Shown piece by piece: positions 12,261-24,156 of a stretch of 64,000 bases of DNA; the stretch's first letter is position 1, and every line of letters starts with the position of its first letter. This DNA is from Lingula anatina (Eukaryota > Animalia > Brachiopoda), in the NCBI GenBank assembly GCA_051362555.1, contig CM120645.1, forward strand, positions 15,252,001 through 15,316,000. The letters run 5' to 3'. The translations under genes were made by a program, and so were the position numbers. Under the pieces are notes generated by a model that was not told the origin of the DNA, did not search any database, and saw nothing but the letters and a program-made list of their open reading frames with translations.

Positions 12261-13244
12261 TGTGTCAGCTGGACTGAAATATTGAAAAGAAGTAAGTCTG
12301 CTTTATGTCCCTGGAAGTTTGAGACAGTGGGTGCATGGTGGCTGGAGATGGGGGTGGGTGAGGGGAGGTAATAAAAGATTGTAGAAGTTTATTCAATTTT
12401 TTTTCCTGGAGGTAATATGAATGGCGTTTACTAGACAGATTACTTCTAAGCCTAAATAGGCCTATTCGAACTTTTTCCCCTTGAAACTATCGGTCTACGT
12501 AGATTGATACAACTCCAAATGCAATCAGCTTAACAGATTAACATGTCTCCGCTTGTTTGCAACGTACTCGTATAATCACCAGCTTTTTTGTATTCTACTC
12601 AACGCCAGAGGACGGTTGGGGAGAATTATTGTTATTCTGCTGTTCTGATTGCATTCAGCGAGAGTTCCCGCGGAGTTGGATCGATCTACGTAGACGGATT
12701 GTTTCATTGGGAATGAATCCTTGTTTCCAACGTACTCCCATAATCAATAGCTTTTATTTATTTATTCTACTCTACGCTAGGAGGAGGTGTGCTCATCCGT
12801 TTAACTGATTGCATTCAGCGAGAGTCCCCACGGTGTTGGATCTATAGACCCACAGTTTAGCCCGGCCCCTTATAGATACCACCGTTGTATCCAGGGTAGT
12901 TGACAACCTCTACTTGCGATGCAAAGAAATTGTTAAGAATAAATTCTGATGAACCGAGTACATAAAACAGTATTCTGATCGCCGAAGGGTGTGTTGTGCT
13001 AACTCTTCCCAGAAAAGATCTCTGATCGAGGACTGAATCCGTCATTTTGTTATGGAAAGGCAGAAGGAGTGCCCCCCCCTCCCCCACTGTATCCTCTGGA
13101 ATGCTCTTTGTATAGACTTAATATGTAATATGTAAGATATCATAAGAGGGGTATTAGAATTTCGTTTTTAAACCTCACCAAATCGTACATAAAAGTTTAT
13201 TCAATTTAGTGTTAAATGGAGAAAGGAAAAAATAAAGTCTAATA

Positions 13245-14110
13245 CAGGATCTTACGTTGGAATGGAGATCACAAATGTATTTTGACCTTCTCAAGGTGAA
13301 CTGATTTTCATGTGTTTCCACTGTCACGTGGTCACAGGCTGCACCGGATGTCACCCATGACCAGGTGTAGCGAAACTGAGGGTCCGTGTAACAGAGAGCC
13401 CGTCCTGCATATAGTTATAATGGTTAGGGTTAGCTTGGCCTAAGTGGGTCAAAATCTAGGGCGAGGCTCACCTGTACAAATGAATGGGAAGCGGATTCTT
13501 TGTTATGGGGGACTCTCTGCCACGTTACACCGGTCCCCCAGATGTCGGGCTGAGATGTGGTGGTTGTTTCAGGCCACCTAGCTGGTTGAGTGTGGGTTGT
13601 TTAAGCCGGTCATGAATCAAAATGGTCTCTTTCAGTCTGAACCAGTCCGTCTCTTTAACGAATATAATGTCTTTGGTGTCAAAAGTATTAGAGGGTGTTG
13701 TCGGTGGGTGAGTAATGCAGAGTTATATATGTTTCACCTGAGCTACAGCGCCTGCGTTCTACTTCTTATAGACTGTTTTGATTCTTCCACACATGAGACT
13801 TTGCAGTCACTACAGGAGACTGTCCTTACATGTACACTTAACACCCGTTACTTTTCCTCGGGTATTTTATTCTCAGCATTCTGTCTTTCACATGGACTAA
13901 CTGTTTTCGTGGGTGTGTTAAATGGTTTATAATCTGTTACAAAACCAAAGTGATTGAAAGTTCCCCTAAGTCTATTAGACATATTCTTTATGAAGGAGAG
14001 GCTTACTCACGCAGACCGTCACCACGTGACCCCGGGGTGACAACTCAAAATCAGTTCTCCTGAAGGTCTTGTAGTAAGTTCGTGATCTCCGTTTCAACGC
14101 AAGGCCCACA
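13245..14110 (-). mobile_element. Paralogous Penelope-like fragment in SULT copy B 5'UTR intron
   Basis: Aligns with 7240-8125; hammerhead stem II collapsed by deletion (ttttgaccttctcaagg at ~13280). Confidence 0.7.
13366..13529. mobile_element. Ginger1-like non-autonomous element
   Basis: TGTA...TACA ends, flanked by CAGG/CCGG; the paralogous site (~7367) is empty and has one CCGG. TGT ends with CCGG TSD are characteristic of Ginger1. Confidence 0.6.
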
Positions 14111-14614
14111 GTTAGATTAATTTCTTTTCATTATCTTAGTTTACCTGTAACTGGGTGAACCAAAACTTTCACCTTGAGGTTAGAACGACACTATAGTATA
14201 GTCTCGTGCACTTACCAGGTAGGCCTACCTGTCGACTGTTCTGAATACGTAATGTGAATGATTATGTACAAAAGAAAGCCTCGAATATTGTGCCTTTTTA
14301 AGAACACCAATACTTTAAGTTCAAGGTCAACTCTTATTGTCGACTTTAAAAAACTGCTTATCATTGTAGCTAAAGATCTTAACGGCGTGATTATAATTTA
14401 TTGGTCGATAGTTTGTCTCTGTTTTTCATTAAGTTCATCTGTTAGTTCATTTGTGCAGAGGTACATGCAATCACCCTCAAATAAAAATTATTACTTGTTT
14501 TATAGTTTTTAATGGTCTTAAAAGCGCTAAGGCCATGACTAAAATACCCGGGATCTTTTAAGTCCTCCTGTTCTCAAATACGAATAGGCTAAATATTCAA
14601 TATACTGTGAGTTG

Positions 14615-14890
14615 GGGCTCATTCCCAATGAACCCATCGGTCTACGTTGATCGATCCAGCTCCGCAAGGAATCTCGTTGAACGCAATCAGATCAGCAGGT
14701 TAACACGCCTCCTCCTCAGCCGTCCTTCAAGCGTTGAGTAGAATACAAAAATAATGCTACTGATTATACAGTGTGTACGAGTGTGTTGGAAACAAGAGGA
14801 GGCGTGTTAATCTGAATACTGCATTCAGCGAGAGTCCCCGAGGAGTTGGATCGATCTATCTAGGACAGTATTTCCACTGAGAATGAGCCC
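14615..14890. mobile_element. PIF/Harbinger-type MITE
   Basis: TIRs GGGCTCATTC...GAATGAGCCC followed by TTA; long internal inverted symmetry with GATCGATC motifs. Confidence 0.8.
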
Positions 14891-15276
14891 TTAGAAGATC
14901 AATACCTATATAGTCATAAAGGCATATATGGTAGGTTGGTTGACGCATTAGAAGGCTTGCTAAAATTTGGACAAGAATTGAAATGTGCTGTTATAATTGT
15001 GAAAATATTGATACTGCGATCGAATTCTGTTTCAGTATATATTTAGCCATTATACGTGTAAAAACATTCAATGTTAGCAAAAATCAGAATAAAGAAAAAT
15101 CTTGACTTTCCTTTTCAAAATATTTCTACTGTCCACCAACCATTATCATGCACTTAAGATATCTTTCAGTGAAGAAAATCCACAATCATTTCATGTACCA
15201 ATGACATTCATTGATTTTGCTTTTCTAACAACTTTATATAGCGATTTCCTTCAGCAAAAGTAGCCATAGAGCTATT

Positions 15277-15583
15277 GGAAATTTACTTTGCACCCGGAGA
15301 GATTCCATGACAATTAAAAATCGCACCTTTGATTACAAAATTGGCCAGCATGTTTGAAGACTTTCAAATTTATATCCGTTTACATTATTTGCTCTACGGA
15401 AATGGTCATTAATCTGCGAGCATTTACTGGCAACTTAGCTCACGGAGAGATTCGATGACAATCAGAAACCGCCCCTTTGATTAGAAAATTGACAAGAACG
15501 TTTGAAGAATTTCAAATGCATGTCCGTTTAAATTATTGGCTCTACGGAAATGTCCATTAATCTGCCAGTATTTAATGGAAACT
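15277..15583. repeat. Tandem duplication, ~148-bp unit x2
   Basis: GGAGAGATTC anchors at 15296 and 15444 with continuous similarity. Confidence 0.85.
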
Positions 15584-16665
15584 GGTCTACTTCAATATAG
15601 ACTCTTTCGTATCGACAATATACCACCTAAGTAAAAAGTTGTTATGACTATAAAAATCCAATTCTGTAAACATAATGAGCAATCGATTTGCCAGTGTTGT
15701 TTTAACATAGCCTTACTGATAATAAGCTGGTAAAATATGTGTGGTATTGCATGAGGGTGTCTTAAGCGCTTAAAACATTCTCTACGTTTTGCATATAATT
15801 AAATTTGCTCTATAAGTCGTCTATCGACAGTCTTTAATATCGGGGAGAAATTTTTGAGAGTGAAACTTGCGGTGCATTTACTCCATGAATCAGCTTCAAC
15901 AGGCCAAAATTTGCAGATTTAATTTGTCTATTCTTATGATATACACCCACATATTTGGGTCTGTGCAAAGAGGGGACTCTTTAGTAATTTGGACATAGAG
16001 TTTGTAAGTGCGTCTCGGAAAATTATAAACGAGTAGCTCATATTTGTTGAATTATATTCTGCATCTGTTTAAGTGTTAATTTAAAACACGTTTATAACGA
16101 AACGTGTACTTTTTATTTATAGAATTTTTTCAATTGCGCCTAAAAATTGAAAATGGCGATAAAGCTGTTTTCACGATTTGCCGCTCAACTATTTCTATTG
16201 GATCCTTTTGAACCTTTCCTCCATACATGTACCAAGACAAGGACTCCAAACACATTGGTAAAATATCGACAGTTTTATAGGGTTTTGAAAATTGGACGAC
16301 AATAACATAGTTTGGACGCTAATGGATGTTGAAAACCATACAACGGTAAGTGTTAATGGCATTTTATTGACTTTCCCCCCTCATTAATCCTACGCGTTCC
16401 AATAAAGAGAAAACATGACAGCCCGAGGATTGGATGGAAGACCAACGTACAAAAATGGACAGGAAGAAGCACTGAAATTGCAGCCATATAAGGGAGTGAT
16501 TTACGGATTTGATGACCATTTCTTACGCACATGCAAGAGTAAATAGGAACACGTTGCCAATAGATAAAGCTACTAAAGAATCCGATTTAGTCGGTTGTCT
16601 AGTGCATTGTACCATTGAGATAGACTTTGTTGTTACCGTCTCACCAAAGACAGCCTTGTAACCAA

Positions 16666-18839
16666 ATGGATCACATTGAGGAAAGAAACCAGAAAACGTC
16701 AGAATATCCAGCTGGTAAGTTACGTGTGTGAAACTTAGTCAAAGTCAGACCCTGGGAAAGACACTCGATCGAAATTTTATCTAACAGTAATTTCTTTGAT
16801 TTTTAACAAAGCAAAATTAATTTCTTTCAGAATTTCTGGTAAAGTTGGTAGATGGAAGGCCTGTAATCGAAATAGAAGACCATTTAATTCCATCGAAACC
16901 TTCTCCTGAGATTTGCACCAAACAAAACAAGTTTGAGTCATTTGCAGACCATAGGAAAGCGCTGGACCAGACTATGATGTCTGTAATCGACATAGAAGAC
17001 CATATCATTCCTTCAAAACCTTCTCCAGGGATTTGCACCAAGGAAAACAAGTTTGACTCAGTTGCCTACCACAAGAAAGCCTTAGAGCAGGCTATGATGC
17101 ACCGCGCTACGGAGATGGACATGCCGCATTTCAGCTTCTGGTTGGAGGCCATTATTGCCGACAAAGCCGACTTTGTCAAAGAAACACTTAAAAGATCCAC
17201 TTTGGCCGAGAGGAATTTCCTAATGAACTCTCCCTTTAAGTTCCATGAGAATGGGGAGAGAATGCAATTAACGAAACACTGTAGTGAATTTCGTTACCCA
17301 CTGTTTTTGGCTGTTGGGGCGGGCTCACAGAATTGCGTTGAGACACTGGTAAAACAAGGTGCCGATCTCGAACTGCTTGATGACGGGCGAAACATAGTGC
17401 ATGCAATGTTGTGGTCATCAAGTGTATGGCCAGAGAAAGAAGATATATATCTAGCTATCTTCTACAAACTAAAGCAAATCGTTCCAAGTGAGATATGGTT
17501 GTCTATTCTTAAACAAGAAGATGCGTTGGGGTTAAGGCCAATGGAACTGGCACCTATTCTTGGAACCATAGCCCTCATGGGCTCTATTTTTAGAACGGAA
17601 GGCCTCTATGCGTTCCCACAACGATCTCACGGTCTGCAACGCCTTGTTTGGTACGATATTAGCGACTACCATTTTGCGAACGGATCAAAAGAAAGTCGGT
17701 TTTACAAATCCCCTGTGGGCCTCCTATCCCGTTTGGAAACCAAACACTTACAGAAGCCGCACACCCAGGCCTTGTTATCTTCTCCTGCCATAAAAGCATG
17801 GATACAATTAAGCATGAAGAACATGGTGCTTGGTATATTTTTTTCTGGGATTTACAGGGTGATTTACTCAGTACTATTCTGGCTCACTATTTACAGTATT
17901 TTTACGCAATTGCCAGGCGGTAAAAACACCACCTCATCGACTAACGCCACTTGCAACATATATGTCGGTCAGTCGCGGGAGGTATTTGTATTTTTAGGCA
18001 CCTGGGGCTATCTCCTGGTTTTCTTATGCAGTATAATTTCAATGATCAACGAGCTTCTATCAACCATCAAGGTTTCTTGCATGTCTTATAGACCCTCGTT
18101 TAGATTTCTGACACTGTTGGATAAAGACAGAAATACGATAACATCAAGCGAAACGTACCGATTGTTCACCTTTTTGCACGGCGCATGCGTCGTCATAAGT
18201 GTCCCCCTTATAGTCAGTGTCGATCATGACGAGGGTGCTGACGCCCAATACACGATCCTGGCATTAATCTACTGCTTTTTGTCATGCGCGTGCTTACTGA
18301 ACATCTGGAACATTCTGTACATAGTACAACTTATACCTAATATTGGTTATTTCGTTGTGATATTTGAGAAAACATTGTCTGATCTTGTGAGATTCATTTT
18401 GATTTACGTTCTCACTCTTTTACCATTTTCCTTCGTTTTCTATGCCCTTCTTGTTACCACGTGTTCAGATGACTTTTCGGACTTTTTAAATGCTGTCTAT
18501 TCATCTTTTGGCGTCATGTTGAACACCGTTGATTTAACAGGCTATGTTTCCGCCTCATCCCCGAAAATGGCGGCTCTCATGACTCAGCACATTTTTTACG
18601 TGTTCACAGTAGTAGTTCTCCTGCTGAACTTTCTAATCGGCGTTATGTCCACTACGGTGTCGCGCTTGCACGAGAATAGAGATATCATTACCAAACTGCA
18701 ACAGTTATCAGTGTTGTCTGACTTTGAAAGGTTTTTTCGATTTTATCCCGCTTTTGTCAGATGGAGGCTTAGCAACGGTTTAGAACGTGACGGCGATAAG
18801 GTTTATCTACCAGTATGGGAATACAAAAATGACAATTGA
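16666..18839 (+). CDS. Divergent TRPV-like (TRPV5/6-like) cation channel, 685 aa
   Basis: Exon 16666-16714 (ATG...G|GTAAGT), intron to TTTCAG at 16830, exon 16831-18839 in frame. Ankyrin repeats (YPLFLAVGAG...VETLVKQGAD; DALGLRPMELA), linker WYDISDY, six hydrophobic helices, S6 LLLNFLIGVMSTTV. Confidence 0.85.
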
Positions 18840-21424
18840 TTCGAGAATAAGTAGAAGAGACTGATTTCAAATTATACCCGACCAACTAGTATTTTTGTAA
18901 GAAGTGCCCTTAATACTTCGATGTTTCTGAATAAACAACTTGGGTTTTATTTATAGTTCATAGTTATGAGTTTATATTAATTCAAGACTAATCATGAGAT
19001 CATGCGCGATATCCCTTTACCCCGTAAAAAAATGAAACTGTTTTTAGTTCTTTCTGGGATGAAATCTTTAGGGACCTTTGACTGTTTACACTATTGACCA
19101 CCAGATTATTTCTAATTTTTTTAAAAATCTCCATTGTAATGTGTATTGACTAAACACAAAGTTGACCGTGAACTAAGCCGTCGTGACCAGTTAAAGATGC
19201 ACACTGTAAATTTTTCACGCGCAAAAAGCCATACTTAATTTTAATGTTCCTAATTTTCCTACTTTTTCTCCGACTAACCAACGTTTAATACAAAATGTCA
19301 TGAAGAGCAACGCTTAAGGGTGAGCATGATTCAAAACTGTTTCAACAGGGTTGGGAGTTCCAAGGTTAGTCACACAGTGAAAATCATTTTTGTCGTGTTA
19401 AATATTTTTGGCCGTCACAAATGTATAGGAACACGTACCAATAAGGTTCATCCAATACTGTACAAAGTCTCGCAACGTTGCATAAAACATTAAGCAATAT
19501 TTTGGATTTTGGAGATTGCGGAATTTAAAGGAGACTGGGATCAAAAATAAAGGCAGCCTAGTAAGTGAGGTGCGGCGACATACAAAAGCTGACAGAATTA
19601 TCCAAGCATATTTTGCTGTGTTTTTTTTTCTTTCAAGCACTGTTGAATAACGTTCGGATAACAGACAATAGTCGCACCGACCTCGAAGAACGGCGTTACC
19701 AAGGAAAATTTTAAGTGACTAACCGAAAAAGGGCATTTGTTTGTACCTTGCCGCTGTGCTACGGATTATTCAAGTTATACAAGTAGATTATAATGAGATA
19801 ACAAAACATCATTCAATATAGATCTCTAGATTCATAGGAAGTTAAATAAAAATGTATATCAATTCATATGAATAAATAAATAAATTAATTAATAAGATAA
19901 GACAAAACGTTTTTATTATTCAACATTTTAATGAAGGCAAAATAATTTACTGCTCTATCAAAAACATTATAAAGCTAGTAAATTTACTTTGAATTACATC
20001 TTCACAATTTTTGATAAAGATCATAACAATGTTTACGATTATACATATACATTTATGCTATGACCTGTAAATGATAGGCCTAATGCTGCAAAGCAAGGGG
20101 GTGCCTTTTAACGGAAGTTAAATACGGCTTTATATAGAAATACGGCACCGATATCCTTGTGTAATCATAAGAAATAAGCAGACAAAACAACTTGTCTACA
20201 AAACATGTATGTTGCTCAAAAAGTGTATGGGAAAGTTGTCTTCAAGATGTAAACGCGGGCTTGTTCCACATGTGGAAAGTTTACAGATATTTCCTTGATA
20301 TAAGTAGCAATATGAATCTCATTTGAGACTACCCCTCTATGGGAGAATTGAGCACGTGCGGAATGCGCATGTGCATACATGTAAATAAGCTCTGGAGATT
20401 GTTGTCGTCATAAAATGTCGTTTGACTACGCCAAACTTCTCTATCATCAATAGATTTTCAAAGAGCAACAAACTATTGGATACTCCTTTATTTATTTTGC
20501 AAAGATATAAATAATAACGATCAAATACCATACACACCAATGGCGCTCGTACTCATGTTATCAATATCATTATCGCCAGAAAAACCCACGTAAAATCTGC
20601 CATTGCTGTTGCTACAGAATCACGGGATCATCATTTTGCGTCATCCTTCCTGCCAAACTGTGAACTGGAGACTCGTCCAACATGGCTACAGGACAAGAAA
20701 AATGATTATGAAGCCTAAGTTAATCCGTAACCATTGCATGAACAGGATGCCCTGGGCGAGGCAGAACGGGAACCTAACAACGGTGCATTGCATAAATGTA
20801 GTCTCTATAATGTAAAAACCATTTAATCCACAGGAAATTTGCAATATGACCATAGTTTTTGTTTCTTTTTCATGTCAAGTGATTAGATTTTTTTTGCCTG
20901 CCATGATGCAACTGTACCCTGTATAATAAGGAAAAGTTGACATTTGAAACAAAGTCCATAATTTTAGTAGGTGTGACAACCATTTTGAGCAACTGTGTAT
21001 TTTGGTAATTCGCTCTCTCTCTCTAAGCGGGAGCTGGTAGAAAAATTATATTAGTACTGTATGTATACAATATAATCAGAAAGATCACACATCCAGAAAT
21101 ACACAATTTCAAATTGGCACAAAAACGGACAGAAAAAATTACATCCAAATGACACAAAAACGAAATTTTATTTTTAAAAATTAATTACAACACAAGTGCA
21201 AAAAGTGTCACATTCCTTCCCTTATTTTCAAAACAGCATGTACAACTCCACCAACGTCCTTTGCTGAATTTCTTTATGTTCTCTTAACAATTCCTGGGTG
21301 ATTCAAACGAATATCTGACGTTAATTCATGCACTCTTTGGCCACCTGACTCTCCGTTTGCATTTCAAAGTAACCTTTCATTTCTCTCTTATCTGATCAAT
21401 CTTCAAGTTTCAATGGCAAACCTA

Positions 21425-21657
21425 GGGGAGACGGGGGCTAGTTGGACCCCGGGGTAAGTTGGACGCCCATCAAGTAAAGTTACTTTAAGATTCTAAATTA
21501 TTTCATTTGGACTCACTGTCGACGCCTTATTAGCACTATTGGATACGGTCACTTTACAAAATGATGTGATCAATTCATTCACCCCATAGTTACTTTGTCA
21601 TTAATTGATGGTGGGGGGGGCAACTTACCCCGGGGTCCAACTTGCCCCGGTCTCCCC
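21425..21657. mobile_element. Tc1/mariner(pogo)-type MITE
   Basis: ~40-bp TIRs GGGGAGACGGGGGCTAGTTGGACCCCGGGGTAAGTTG / CAACTTACCCCGGGGTCCAACTTGCCCCGGTCTCCCC with TA on both sides. Confidence 0.85.
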
Positions 21658-21934
21658 TATGTGATGACACAGCTGGGCCATAATACGAACGTCGTGATAA
21701 CGCGTTCATTTCGTTCTGATAACATTATTTTTTTTACGTTATAGTACTGTTATTTTGTGGATATTTTCCGTTATTACAAGGTCTTTTAGTAATATTGTAT
21801 TATATGACGTTAAATAACGTTTTTAAAAATAGCCAAATAACGTAGTGCTAACGTTATAATAACCTATCAATTTGATTGTGATTACGTTAAAAATTATATC
21901 AAAATACTATGTACACTTACTATATTTATGAACT

Positions 21935-21993
21935 TAAGCTTATAGCTTACATGCGGTGTCATGGAGTGCCACCGCATGTAAGCTATAAGCTTA
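21935..21993. repeat. Perfect 24-bp inverted repeat with 11-nt loop
   Basis: TAAGCTTATAGCTTACATGCGGTG - tcatggagtgc - CACCGCATGTAAGCTATAAGCTTA. Confidence 0.95.
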
Positions 21994-22779
21994 GTATAAA
22001 GGCCAGTTATTTAATTAGCCTGTGTCCACCGAAATCACTAAGAAGTTGGTCGCCTAAATGGCTTAAGTGAACCTTAGTAGTGTCTGTTTTCTAGATCGGC
22101 TAATATTTCAATCAAGTTGTCTCCCAACTTTCACGGGTACATGTAGCGGCAAAGAGTTTTAATCCGACGTTGTTATTGCCTAAAATAAATCTGCAATCCA
22201 CGTGCACTTGATTCGTTTTTCCTAGCCTTTATTTAAACACGTTTTCAGGCAACAATACCTCTAGATATTATAAACATTTGGAAAACATTTTATTTCGAAA
22301 CGAGCGCCAGTTGAGTTTCCATTTTGTTGAAATGTCTATATTCTTTGTAATAAACGACGCATATTTCATTATCTGGTGATGTTTTATTTCCATTTGCTCT
22401 GTAACTGATGACTCCTTACTTAGTCTCGTGTAAAAATTGTCCCCAAATAACAATACTCGTCACAGTTTTTAATTGACAAGTCATTAACATGCAGGCCTTT
22501 CCTATCTTTTTCCTAACCATTGATCGCCATAATTTTGGTTTCAAATTGATTCCTGACTTATCACAGAAGTACTTGAGGATTTTAAAACTGTTCCATACAA
22601 ATATCACGTGACATCGCCAAAATAACTGTATAGTGATGCAAAATGATTACGTGTTAACCAACCAAATTTCTTTGAATAATAGATGTTAGCTGTTGGTCTA
22701 CGTGATATTATGTCCTACGCAAGGCATTACTCATCTAGATTTATGCATACATCTGACGGAGAGGTGCTATATCGGCCCC

Positions 22780-24156
22780 ATGAGCTGCAGAATGAACGTA
22801 CGCCGCAGAAAGCATTTGATTGCCTTCTGTCTTCTATTAACGATATTCTTAATTGCCTACAACCGACTTCAGCGCCAAAAAGCCGACAAACTTATGTATC
22901 GCGTTGTGAAATTATGGGCTGCTGGCAAGAACGAGATCACCAATAGAACGGATCTGATCACTGTGAACCCCAGAAAATTCGGAAAAACTCTCAAACCCAG
23001 AAACGCAGGCAAGGAAACCATGCCTTTAGTGCTAGTTCCTCGTTCTGGAAAAATGAAATTAATTCTGGACACCTTGAAATGGAAAGGAAAGAATAAATGG
23101 AATTTAACTGGAGTGGATTTTAAGCCAACAAATGGAACAAAAATGATTCTTGCATGGTACAATCATCGCCACAATGCTGACATGCCTCGTCGTGGTGAAC
23201 TTATAAATATGAAAAATTGTAGTTTTAAAAACTGCATATTGTCTTTGGACTGGAGACTTGCCAATGTAAGTGACGTCATCGTTTTTAATGCACCCCCACT
23301 ATTTAAACTGCTTCAGTCCTCGGACGCGGCAAAAACCTTTTGGGATGTCCTTCCAACTCGACAACAAACTCTGAATCAGAGGTGGGTGTTTTTTACGTGG
23401 GAATCGCCGTGCGTTGCACCTTCACCTAAAAGCGGAGACGCTCAAAAATTTGCTAGTATGTTCAATTGGACCATGAATTTTCGGTTAGATTCCGATATAT
23501 TTTCACCTTACGGCAAAGTGGTGAAACGATCATTGCCAATTTCACTTGGAAATGTCCAAATTGAAGTCCAAAAGAAAACCAAACTGGTTGCATGGCTGGT
23601 CAGTAATTGTAACGCTAACAGCAAGCGGGACCAATATGTAAAAGAACTTAACAAACATATTCCAGTTGATATATTCGGGGCATGCGGAGACCCTTGTCCA
23701 TCAGACTGTTTTCGTTATATTGGGGATAACTACAAATTTTATCTGGCCTTTGAAAATAGTATTTCCAGGGACTACGTGACAGAGAAACTTTTTAGAACTC
23801 TTCGGGACTGGAACGTTGTTCCTATAACAAGGGGAGGAGCTAATTACTCTTTGCTTGGTATTTTACCAGAAATGCATATCAATACGGGTGACTATTCCAC
23901 CCCTAAAGCCTTGGCTGAGTATCTCTATTATCTCGATAAACATCCTAACATTTACATGAAGTTCTTGCAATGGAAGAGACACTTTGAGATTGTACGGTCA
24001 AAGTCGAGGGTAGATTACTGCAAGATTTGTGAAATGCTAAACAATCCATCGATTGGGAATAAAACGTACACAGCCCAAGAACTGGTAAAATGGTATTGGG
24101 GAACACAGTCCACTCTGGGGCGTTTCTCTGAATGTAAATATCCTCAAGATATCTAG
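22780..24156 (+). CDS. Alpha-1,3-fucosyltransferase (GT10), single coding exon, ~458 aa
   Basis: Type II topology (basic tail, TM LIAFCLLLTIFLIAY); motifs QRWVFFTWESP, FNWTMNFRLDSDI, VAWLVSNC, YKFYLAFENSISRDYVTEK. First ATG chosen at 22780. Confidence 0.92.
   Translation: MSCRMNVRRRKHLIAFCLLLTIFLIAYNRLQRQKADKLMYRVVKLWAAGKNEITNRTDLITVNPRKFGKTLKPRNAGKETMPLVLVPRSGKMKLILDTLKWKGKNKWNLTGVDFKPTNGTKMILAWYNHRHNADMPRRGELINMKNCSFKNCILSLDWRLANVSDVIVFNAPPLFKLLQSSDAAKTFWDVLPTRQQTLNQRWVFFTWESPCVAPSPKSGDAQKFASMFNWTMNFRLDSDIFSPYGKVVKRSLPISLGNVQIEVQKKTKLVAWLVSNCNANSKRDQYVKELNKHIPVDIFGACGDPCPSDCFRYIGDNYKFYLAFENSISRDYVTEKLFRTLRDWNVVPITRGGANYSLLGILPEMHINTGDYSTPKALAEYLYYLDKHPNIYMKFLQWKRHFEIVRSKSRVDYCKICEMLNNPSIGNKTYTAQELVKWYWGTQSTLGRFSECKYPQDI

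Noticed and set aside
13418-13434. TTAGGG telomere-like sequence
   Set aside because: Only about two units, internal to a small transposon.
16322-16351. Alternative coding first exon for the TRPV-like gene (ATGGAT...ACG|GTAAGT)
   Set aside because: Phase 0 donor is incompatible with the phase 1 acceptor at 16830; at most a UTR exon.
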